Positions 31,084 through 40,153 of a DNA stretch of 64,000 bases are shown in pieces. The notes below the pieces were generated by a model. That model worked only from the letters and a program-made list of their open reading frames with translations, ran no database searches and was not told the DNA's origin. Every line of letters begins with the position of its first letter. Position 1 is the first letter of the stretch. The position numbers and the translations under genes were made by a program. The DNA is taken from assembly GCA_963766735.1 (NCBI GenBank), contig CAVYBU010000025.1, positions 32,001 through 96,000 on the forward strand, read 5' to 3'. Origin of the DNA: an uncultured Chloroflexia bacterium. GTDB taxonomy: Bacteria; Chloroflexota; Limnocylindria; Limnocylindrales; CSP1-4.

Positions 31084-32715
31084 ATGCCCAACATCGTCCA
31101 CGGGTCCGAGCGTCGCCCGCTCGAACCCGGTCACCTCCTGTTCGACGATGCCGCCGAGCTGGCCGTCGTCGTCCCGGCCTCGTGCCGCAAGACCGGCCGC
31201 TGCCATGAGTGCGTGGTGGAGGTCCGCGCGGGCGGCGACCAGCTCTCGCCGCGCACCGAGGCGGAAGGGTTTCTCGGCGCCGGCTTCCGGCTGGCCTGCC
31301 AGGCGACGGTCGAGCGAGCGGAGCGAGACCTCGAGTTCGTCGTGCTGCGCCGCCGCCTGCGGATCCTCCTGGCCCCGGACGCGCCGGACACCGCGCCGGA
31401 GCTGGATCCCGCGGTGAGGGTCGCGGATGGGCGCATGGTCGCAGACGACGGGACAGACCTCGGCCCGGCCATCGGCAGCCCGGTGGGCGTCGCGATCGAC
31501 GTCGGCACCACGACGGTCGTGCTCGAGCTGGTGGATCTTGAATCGGGGGCCGTCCTCGCTGTCGCCGCCATCGAGAACCCCCAGCGGTTCGGCGGCAGCG
31601 ACGTCATGACCCGGATCTCCTACGACACGGAGATCCCCGGCGAGCTCCGCCAGGCGCTCCGCCGCGCCCTCAACCACGAGCTGAAGCGCCTCTGCTCGGA
31701 GCTGGGCGTGGACCGCCGCCGGCTGGTGGACGTGATGGTCGTGGGCAACCCCACGATGCGGGACCTGGCCTTCGGGCTGGACGTGCGCCCCATCGGGAGG
31801 CTGCCGTACCGGTCCGTGACCGAGACCGCGTGGCGGGACGGCGAGGCGACGACGACGATGGTCACGCGCCGCGCCCACGAGCTGGGCATGCTCGTCAACC
31901 CGCAGGCCCGCGTCACGGGCGGCCCGCTCATCGCCAGCCACGTCGGCGCGGACGCGGCCGCGGACATCGTCGCGGTCGACGCAGTCGCACGCGGCGGCTC
32001 CTTCCTGCTCGTGGACATCGGCACCAACAGCGAGATCATCGCGTCGGACGGCGACCGGGTCCTGGCGGCGTCAAGCCCGGCCGGTCCGGCGTTCGAGGGT
32101 GGCGGCGTCCGCTACGGGATGCCCGGGGCAGACGGTGCGATCGAGGCTGTGCGGCTGGTCAACGACATCCTCGAGATCCGCTGCATCGGGGATGCGCCGC
32201 CGGAAGGGATCTGCGGCTCGGGCCTCGTCGACCTGCTGGCGGAGCTGCGGCGGGCCGACCGGATGAACAATCGCGGCGCATTCGCCGGCAAGGCCGCGGA
32301 GTTCCAGGTCGTCGACGAGCCGCGGATCACCCTGTCGCGGAGCGACGTCGGCCACCTCTCGATCGCGAAGGCGGCCACGGCCGTCGGCCAGCGCGTGCTC
32401 CTCCGCACACTCGGCCTCCGGCCCGCGGACCTGGACCACGTCTACCTCGCCGGCGGGTTCGCCAACGCCCTCGACGTCGAGTCGGCGATCGACATCGGGT
32501 TGCTGGTGGCGGCCCCGATCGAGCGGATCGTCCCGGCCGGGAACGCGTCCATCGGCGGCGCCCGGGCGCTGCTATTGTCCCGGCAGAGGCGCGCGTCCCT
32601 GGAAGCCCTCGTCCGCCGCATCGAGCACGTGGAGCTCGAGTCCGAGCCAGACTTCTTCGACCTGTTCACCGACGGCTGCCTGTTCGAGCCAATTGTTCCA
32701 GGAGGATCCGCATGA
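31084..32715 (+). CDS. RACo/RamA-like ATP-dependent corrinoid reactivase (ASKHA fold with 2Fe-2S domain)
   Basis: CRKTGRCHEC...RLACQA; DVGTTT, GSDVMTRI, DIGTNSE, AGPAFEG, GICGSG, LAGGFA. Confidence 0.9.
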   Translation: MPNIVHGSERRPLEPGHLLFDDAAELAVVVPASCRKTGRCHECVVEVRAGGDQLSPRTEAEGFLGAGFRLACQATVERAERDLEFVVLRRRLRILLAPDAPDTAPELDPAVRVADGRMVADDGTDLGPAIGSPVGVAIDVGTTTVVLELVDLESGAVLAVAAIENPQRFGGSDVMTRISYDTEIPGELRQALRRALNHELKRLCSELGVDRRRLVDVMVVGNPTMRDLAFGLDVRPIGRLPYRSVTETAWRDGEATTTMVTRRAHELGMLVNPQARVTGGPLIASHVGADAAADIVAVDAVARGGSFLLVDIGTNSEIIASDGDRVLAASSPAGPAFEGGGVRYGMPGADGAIEAVRLVNDILEIRCIGDAPPEGICGSGLVDLLAELRRADRMNNRGAFAGKAAEFQVVDEPRITLSRSDVGHLSIAKAATAVGQRVLLRTLGLRPADLDHVYLAGGFANALDVESAIDIGLLVAAPIERIVPAGNASIGGARALLLSRQRRASLEALVRRIEHVELESEPDFFDLFTDGCLFEPIVPGGSA

Positions 32716-34473
32716 GCCCCGCCCGATCCCGCCGCGCCGACGCCACAGAGCCGGCGGCCGACGCCGTTGCAGCCCTCGCCACAACGGGGCCCGGCGCGCT
32801 CCGCCGCGTGCTGGGGGATCCGACTGGCTTCGCCACCATCGTCGAGCTCGTCCCCTGGGCCGGTGCGCTCGCCGACGGACGGGGCGGCAAGCCGCTCAAG
32901 ATGGCCGCCGACCTCGCTGGCGACCCGCGGATCACCGCGCTCTCGATCACCGACAACGCGGGCGGCTACGCGAAGCTCCCGCCGGACGTGCTGGGCGAGT
33001 CCGCCAAGGCGCTCGGCCACGACCCGATCGTCCACGTCGCCTGCCGCGACCGGAACCGGAACGGGATGCAGAGCCTGGGCTGGGACCTCCTCTCGCGCGG
33101 GCTGACCACGGTCCTGGCCCTGACCGGCGACTACCCGGCCCAGGGCTACCGGGGCGGCCCCCGGCCGGTGTTCGACATCGACTCCGTCGCTCTGCTCGCG
33201 CTCCTGCGCCGGCTGGGTGCCGAGGCCGTCGCCAGGGCGGAGGCGGACGGCGCCGAGGACCCGGGCGCCAACGACTTCTACCTCGGCTGCGCGATCGACC
33301 CCTTCAAGCGGCTCGAGCGCGACGCCGTCCCGCAGCTCCTCAAGCTGGCCTTCAAGGTCCGATCCGGTGCCGACTACGCGATCACCCAGGTCGGCTACGA
33401 CGCGCACCGCCAGGACCAGCTCCTGCGCTGGATGCGCCGCGAGCGGATCGACGTGCCCGTGGTCGCCAACGCGTACATCCTGTCCGCCCCGGTCGCCCGC
33501 GCGTTCAACGCCGGCAAGGTCCCGGGCTGCGTCGTCACCGACGCGCTGCTCGAGGTCGCGGAGCGCGAGGCCAAGGCCGCCGACAAGGGCCGTGCCTTCT
33601 TCCTCGAGTTCGCCGCCAAGCAGCTGGTGGTCAGTCGCGGCCTCGGCTTCCGGGGGCATCTACATCTCCGGCCACCGCGACGCGGGCGAGGTCCGCCGGA
33701 TCCTCGAGATGGCGGACGCCCACCCGGCGGACGACTGGCGCGCGCTGGTCAAGGACGTCAGCTGGGGCCTGCCCGGCTCCTTCGAGATGTTCGCGGGCGA
33801 TGGCGCCGGACTCTCCACCGACGAGCTGGCGAAGGGCTACCGCACCTCGCTATCGACAGGGTCCCGGCGCCGCGCGCGCAGCCGCGTCTCGCCGTTCTAC
33901 CGCCTCAACCGCGTCCTCCACGAGCGGGTCTTCGCGGCCGGCACGCCGGGCTTCGAGGCCTGGGCCAGGTTCTACGGCGCCGTCGAGCAGCGCGACCTGG
34001 AGAAGCCGCTCCACGTCCTCGAGCATGCGGCCAAGCTGCCGATGTTCGACTGCCGGGACTGCGGCGACTGCTCCCTGCCGGACATCGCCTACCTGTGCCC
34101 CGAGTCCCACTGCCAGAAGAACCAGCGCAACGGTCCCTGTGGCGGCGCGCTCGACGGCATGTGCGAGGTCCCGGGCCACACCTGTGTCTGGGCCGATGCG
34201 TACACGCGGCTCAAGCCGTACGGCGAGGAGCTGACGATGCTGGACCGGGCTCCGGTCGTCCAGGACAACGAGCTGCGGCGAACCAGCGCCTGGGCGAACA
34301 CGTTCCTCGGTCGCGACCACTACGCCACGGACAGCAAGGCCGCCTCGCGGTGGCGGCGCCCCCCAAGCCGGCCGCCAAGCTGGCCCCCAGCGCGCCGCAC
34401 CCGCGCCAGCCGCGCCGCCCCCGCCGCTCCCGCAGCCTCCACCCCCGAGCCCGAGAAAGGACCCACGGCATGA
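32712..34473 (+). CDS. metF: Methylene-THF reductase MetF fused to a MetV-like Cys-rich domain (frameshift near 33650)
   Basis: ITDNAGG, HVACRDRNR, ALTGD, ITQVGYD; C-terminal CRDCGDC...CP...CQKNQRNGPCGG...CE...CVW. Confidence 0.82.
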
Positions 34474-35518
34474 GGCCCGACCGAACCGGCACCCCGTTCC
34501 TCGTCGTCGGCGAGAACATCCACGCCACCCGGATCCTCAAGCGGACCGGCAAGCATGCCGCCGAGCTGCCGGACGGCTCCGTCGGCATCGGGTTCGAGGG
34601 CCCGGACGGGTCCCGCCTGGTCCTCCCGGTCCACCCGTCCCTCATCGATGGACGGGACTTCGGCCAGGGCAAGATCAAGCACGTTGCCAGAGCGCCATCC
34701 GCTGGGGGCTCGACGGCGGCGATCAGGCAGAGACGGCCGCCGCGTACATCCAGGTCCTCGCGGCCCGCCAGGAGCTGACCGGCGCGGACTGGCTGGACCT
34801 CAACGCGGACGAGATCTCGTCCGAGTCCGGGATCCGTGCCCAGGCCATGGCCTGGCTGGTCGTGACCGTCGAGGCGACGGCCGGCGTGCCGGTGTCGATC
34901 GACTCGTCGGACGTCGCGGTGCTCGCGGCGGGGGTCGCCGCCTCCACCCAGCCCGCGGGCAGGCTGCTGCTCAACTCCGCCTCGATCGAGCGTCCGGAGG
35001 TCCTCGAGCTGGCGGCCGTCAGCGGGTGCGCGGTGATCCTCGCGGCCAGCAGCGCCGGCGGGATGCCGGCCAACGCCGAGGAGCGCGTGGCCAACGCCAT
35101 CAACCTGGTCGAGGTGGCGGTCGCCCGGGCCATCCCGGCGGATCATCTCTACGTGGACCCGCTCGTGCTGCCCGTCGCGGTCGCGCCGGAGGCCCCGCAG
35201 CACGTCCTCGAGGCGGCCCGCCAGCTCCGGGCGGAGTACGGCGACACGATCCACCTGACCGGTGGCCTGTCCAACGTCTCGTTCGGCATGCCGGAGCGGC
35301 GCCTGCTCAACGACACGTTCATCGACCTCGCGGCCGCGGCCGGCATCGACAGCGGGATCATCGATCCCGTGGCATCGGACCTCTCGCGGGTGTTCGGCGC
35401 CGACCGCGACAGCGAGCCGTACAGGCTGGCGGCGGACATGCTGCTGGGTCGCGACCCGTTCGGCGGCGAGTACGTGGCCGCGTTCCGGGCGGGGCGGCTG
35501 GGCGGTGGCGAGGCGTAG
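34470..35518 (+). CDS. Methyl-THF:corrinoid methyltransferase (AcsE/pterin-binding family; frameshift near 34690)
   Basis: VVGENIH, LDLNAD, SIDS, LLNS, YVDP, GGLSNVSFGMP, IIDP. Confidence 0.85.
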
Positions 35519-35556
35519 CTGAAGGAGGCGTCGCTGAAGGAGGGTGGGAGCCCCTT

Positions 35557-36310
35557 TCAGCCGGCGGCGGCCTCCACTGGCACCGCCTTCACCACGCCGT
35601 CGTCGTAGCTCATGGCCAGGCGCTCGCCGGGCTGCAGCGTGAGCATGTCGTCGTCCCAGTCGCCGTCGATCAGCCGGCGCACCAGGATCATGTTGCCCTC
35701 GATGCGCTCGAAGGCCCATCCCCGCCGCTCGGCCTGGTCGCGCGCCACCGCCTCGGAGCCCGTGTCGTCGGCGACGCCCATGGAGACGAACGCCGCGCGC
35801 CCGTAGTGGACCTGCCACGCGCCGAGCACCTCCATGAGGTAGTCCGCGTTGTCCTCGCCGTACTTCGCCACGTACTCCGCGCGGGTCGCCTCCATCTGGG
35901 CGTCGGTGTCGCTGCCGACGCCGAAGTTGCCGATGCTGGCCCGGTAGCCGTCGCTCCGCTCCAGCTGGTCCGCCACGTACCAGTAGGTGGCCGGGCCGCT
36001 GGTCTCGGCCGTGTACCGCTCGCGGGCGCCGAGGAACAGCGTGATGCAGTCGTGGGCCCGGGGCAGGATCACCGGCATGTCGCGGGCCTCGAGCCCGGCC
36101 GTCGCCCCACCGCACAGCCCGTAGCCCAGGACGATGGCGTCGTGGTCGGGCCCGTGCGTCGATCGCCTCCTGGAGCGTGGCGCGCAGGTCCGGCGGCTCG
36201 TTGTGCAGGCCGCGCTCGAACAGCGTCACGTCCACGACGTGGGGCGACCGGGCGGCGCACAGGTAGACCGGGCGCGCGAGGATGTCGCAGGCGATGACGT
36301 GGAGGCGCAT
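35557..36310 (-). CDS. DUF1638 domain protein (frameshift near 36150)
   Basis: IACDI, GLHNEP..LR, LGYGLCG, PRAHDCITLFLG. Confidence 0.82.
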
Positions 36311-36397
36311 CAGGCGGAGGCGAGCTGCATCGCGTGATGCTACCGGGCCGAGGTCATGTACGGGTGAAGCAGCCGCGCCAGCCCTCGCGCTGGTGAC

Positions 36398-37564
36398 TCA
36401 GCCCCGCAGCGGGTACCGCCCGAACTCCTCGACCGCGTCCACCATCGCCAGCACGTTCTCCGGCGGCACGTCGCCCATGACCGTGTGCACGGCGCCCAGC
36501 ATGTAGCCACCGCCCGCGCCCAGCGTCCCGATCACCCGCCTGCACCTCGGCACGCACCTCGTCCGGCGTCCCGTGCGGCAGCACGTGGTGGGTGTCCATC
36601 CCGCCGCAGAACACCAGGTTGTCCCCGAACCTCCGCTTGAGCCCGGCGAAGTCGCTCATGCCGCCGGCCGACGCCTGGACGGGGTTGAGGACGTCCACCC
36701 CGATCTCGATGAAGTCGCCCAGCAGGTCGTAGACGTCGCCGTCGGTGTGGAACACGATCGGCGCCTTCGTCCGCTCCCGGATGAAGGCGATCAGGTCCGC
36801 GTGGATCGGCTTGAGCATCCGCCGGTACATCGCGGGCGACATGAGGAGCCCCACCTGGGACCCCAGGTCGTCGCCGATCTTGACCATGTCGATGAGGTCG
36901 CCGCACTCGCGCAGGAAGCCGTCCATCAGCCCCTTGCACAGCGACTGCGTCTTCCACAGGAGCGCCTCCGCGAACTCCGGCTCACCCGCCAGGTTGGCGA
37001 GGAAGTTGTCCGTCCCCTGCATGGCAAACGCGCGCTCCAGCGGGAACGCGAGCCAGGGCGTGCCCATCGAGGCGTAGACGTTCTCGTCGCGCAGGCGTCT
37101 GGGCCTCCGCCCGGACGCCCTCGTACCGGGTGGGGTCCGTCATGTCCGGCCACGGGTGGGCCTCGATCTCGGGGAGCGTGTACGCATCGGCGAGCGGATG
37201 GATCCCCGGGAACCATTCGCCCGGGCCGCTCTCGAGGTGGCCGCTGCCCCAGTCGTCGATGTACGGGGAGTGGGGCTCCCGGGCTGGCATTCCGCTCCCG
37301 GACCGCGGCCGGGAAGCGGTCCTCCACGCCGCGGACGTCGGCATGGAGGCGCCGGTAGGTCGTCTCGTCCGGCCTGGCCGTGCCGAGCTCGGGCCACTCG
37401 TAGATGTACTCGTCCGGCGCCTCGATGCCCTCCAGGGCCTTGATGGCGCGGTAGGTGGACATCTTGATGCCCGTCGCGTTGCTCGGGCCCAGCACGATCG
37501 GCACGCGGTCAGGGGTCTCGTGGGCAAGCGTCGCGAGCACGCGCTCGCGGGGCGTCATCGGCAT
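36398..37564 (-). CDS. Uroporphyrinogen decarboxylase family protein (MtaA/CmuA-like fold; several frameshifts)
   Basis: MTPRERV...PDRVP, DDWG, GDDLGSQ, FHTDG, LNPVQ, FCGGMDT, GGYM...H, VPPENV. Confidence 0.85.
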
Positions 37565-37679
37565 CGGGCCCCCAGTCGCCGGACTCGACGCCGGCCTGTC
37601 GCGCCAGCCTATCGCGTCGGCCGTGGTAGCGTCCGCTCATCGGCGTCGCGTCCACGGCGCCCACGCAGGGAGGCGCACG

Positions 37680-38084
37680 ATGCCAGGCAGCGGCACCCGC
37701 GAGGACCCCTGGGCGTTGGTCACGGCGAACGGAGGGTCGGCCTACTCGATGTGGCGCGACGAGGCAGCGGACCCGCCGGCCCTCGTCTGCCAGGTGGGCT
37801 CCACCCAGCTCCGCTACCACCTCCGAGCGATCGAGGACCTGCACGCCTGGCTGCGTGAGCAGGGCGATTGGGTCCCGCTCGGCGGTGCCGATGAGCAGAA
37901 GACGGCAGCGGACGGTTCCGTGGAAGCCTGGGCACGGTCCGACGACAACCCGGTCGACGGCTGGTACGGGCTCCGCAAGGGCTACCGGGGCCGGTTCGGC
38001 GCATATCTCCCGCCCCTGCTGGAGGAGCTTGGCCTCGTGGAGCTGGAACACAACCCGAAGAACAACCGGGTCCGCGCCCGGTAG
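37680..38084 (+). CDS. Conserved hypothetical protein (DUF6855-like)
   Basis: GT.EDPW, CQVGST, GWYGLRKGYRGRFG; GGAGG RBS. Confidence 0.75.
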   Translation: MPGSGTREDPWALVTANGGSAYSMWRDEAADPPALVCQVGSTQLRYHLRAIEDLHAWLREQGDWVPLGGADEQKTAADGSVEAWARSDDNPVDGWYGLRKGYRGRFGAYLPPLLEELGLVELEHNPKNNRVRAR

Positions 38085-38134
38085 GGTCGGCGGCTTCTCA
38101 GGCAGCCATCAGCCGGTCAGGGCATTCTTAGCCG

Positions 38135-39277
38135 GTGACGAACCAGACATCCCCACGCCCCGAACCCGACGGATCCAGGCCCCGCACAACCGGCGAGCAG
38201 CTGCGCCCCGAGGCCGCTGGCGGGACGTCTCGCCGGCTGGCCGTGACGGCGCTCGCGCTGTCCATCGCGGGCGTGGCCATCGCGGCATGGGCCGTGTTCG
38301 CCCCGGGGGCCGCGAACTGCCAGGCCGAAGCCTGGGACACGACGCCTGCGGCTGCGGATCTGCCGGCGGGCTGGTCGCTCGCCTCCAGCCAGTACGACGT
38401 CGCCCGCAAGTCCATGTCCCTGCTCGGTTCCCTGCCCGCCGACGAGACCGTGAGCCAGGCCGTGGTGTACGCCACCGTCACCTGCTACCAGCATGGTGCG
38501 GCAGACGCGGTCACCCGATCGGCCGACGCGGCGACCGCAGCCGGTCAGTTCGTGACCGACCGTGACGACCTCGGCGACCAGGGGTTCAGCGCGGCGGACG
38601 ACTCCGGCGCCACGTTCCTGCAGTTCCGTCACGACCGGCTGGTGGTGTACCTGGCGGCCTCCGGCGACGCGACCGCGACCGAGGTGGACCAGCTGGCATC
38701 GGCATTCGACCTGGCCCTGGGCGGCGACGGCGGGGCCGTGGCGATCGGGACCCCCGGCGCGGCAAGCCCGGTGCCCAGCGACGACGTGGCGGCGGCCGGC
38801 CCGAGCGACGACATCCCGCCGGAGGTCGCCGTCCCGGAGCTGGAGGCCGTGTTGCCGACCGGGGTGGGCGACATCGTCATGACCGTGGACAGTGCAACCG
38901 GCAGCATGATGTTCGGCGAGGACCCGGTGAGCCGTGCGATCACGGCCGCCCTGCGCGCGGATGGACGCCAGCCCGACGATCTCGGCTTGGCACAGGCGTA
39001 CGACGAGACATTCGAGTCCGATCTCGAGATCACGGCCATCGCCGTGGATGGCATGAGCGGCGACAAGGTCCGGCCGGTCGTCATGGAATCCTGGCTGGGG
39101 GCGACCGGCGCGGGCATCACCACGGAGACCGTCACCCTGGCCGGCACCGAGTTCACCCGCGTGGACTACGGCGACGACGGCGCCATGGACTACGTCACGA
39201 CCAGGGGAGACGTGGTCTTCGTGATCAGTACCGCGGATCCGGTGCTCGCTGCGGAGGCCGCCGCAGCCCTGCCCTGA
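38135..39277 (+). CDS. Membrane-anchored or secreted hypothetical protein
   Basis: Single N-terminal hydrophobic helix, acidic two-domain body with a Pro-rich linker. Confidence 0.75.
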   Translation: MTNQTSPRPEPDGSRPRTTGEQLRPEAAGGTSRRLAVTALALSIAGVAIAAWAVFAPGAANCQAEAWDTTPAAADLPAGWSLASSQYDVARKSMSLLGSLPADETVSQAVVYATVTCYQHGAADAVTRSADAATAAGQFVTDRDDLGDQGFSAADDSGATFLQFRHDRLVVYLAASGDATATEVDQLASAFDLALGGDGGAVAIGTPGAASPVPSDDVAAAGPSDDIPPEVAVPELEAVLPTGVGDIVMTVDSATGSMMFGEDPVSRAITAALRADGRQPDDLGLAQAYDETFESDLEITAIAVDGMSGDKVRPVVMESWLGATGAGITTETVTLAGTEFTRVDYGDDGAMDYVTTRGDVVFVISTADPVLAAEAAAALP

Positions 39278-39280
39278 GGC

Positions 39281-39356
39281 CACCGGACGCAGCACCCCCG
39301 GACCACCCCGGACCACCCGGAACCCCGGACCACCCCGGACGACCCAGCACCAGCCC
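39281..39356. repeat. Short tandem repeat of CCCCGGACCA units (about 5 imperfect copies)
   Basis: ccccggaccaccccggaccacccggaaccccggaccaccccggacga just after the 39277 stop. Confidence 0.75.
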
Positions 39357-39436
39357 TTTCGCCCCCAACGAGACGCGCGTATGCTCGTTGTCATAGGTGC
39401 GGTCGCCACCTCGGCTGCACGGATGGAGGGCCGATC

Positions 39437-39952
39437 ATGCGCGAGCCCCTGGTTGCATGGGCGGGTGACTGCCTCGTCCGCGGCAGCGTCGACCTGGAGG
39501 ATGGGCGCCTCAGCGACCAGCTCAACGAGCGGGAGCTGGTCACGTTCTTCGATGCCACGCTCGAGGCCCTGGAAGACGGCCACCGGGTCGCCATGGACGA
39601 GGTCGAGGTTGGCCGCGGCGAGTTGCACGTGATCGAGGTCACGGGACGCCGTGGCGACCCAGGCCGCCGGCTGCGGACGGTCGAGGAGCACGTGACGCTC
39701 CACGTCGGTCCGTATACCGTGACCGGCAACCTCCATCGCCCGCCGAGCTCGCCCCCACTCGCCGCTCTCAGCCGCTGGGCGCGGTTCGTCCCGGTCACGG
39801 ATGCCGTGGTCCAGGTCGCCGACTCGGGGACGAAATCCGAGCACCAGGTCGTGGTCCTCGTCAACCGCGCGCGGATCACGGCATCGGACGAGCTGGCCCC
39901 TGTCCCGATGGGAATCGACGAGCCACGGGAGCCCGGGACCGCGATCTCCTAG
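39437..39952 (+). CDS. Hypothetical protein with two DUF6812-like halves
   Basis: RLSDQLN; GNLH...FVPVTDA...VLVNR; GGAGG RBS. Confidence 0.65.
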   Translation: MREPLVAWAGDCLVRGSVDLEDGRLSDQLNERELVTFFDATLEALEDGHRVAMDEVEVGRGELHVIEVTGRRGDPGRRLRTVEEHVTLHVGPYTVTGNLHRPPSSPPLAALSRWARFVPVTDAVVQVADSGTKSEHQVVVLVNRARITASDELAPVPMGIDEPREPGTAIS

Positions 39953-40153
39953 GGGCGCGGTTCCGCTGCCGGCCCCGGCGGTGCGGGACCGGCGGTGGCA
40001 CGTCAGCCTGCGACGCGGTGGCGGCGCAGACCTGCCGAGTCCACCTGACCCGGCGGTCTGTCGGCGAGTCAGGGCGGTGTTCGCCCCGCGTCCCGGTGAA
40101 TGAGAGCCGTTCGGCACCTCTTGCCTGACCCGCGGACAGCGGAGGCTACCAGC

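Noticed and set aside
31830-34778. 982-aa ORF spanning RACo, metF and the methyltransferase
   Set aside because: A chimera of off-frame and in-frame segments created by indels
39281-39356. Possible CRISPR array
   Set aside because: Units are about 10 bp with no unique spacers and no cas genes
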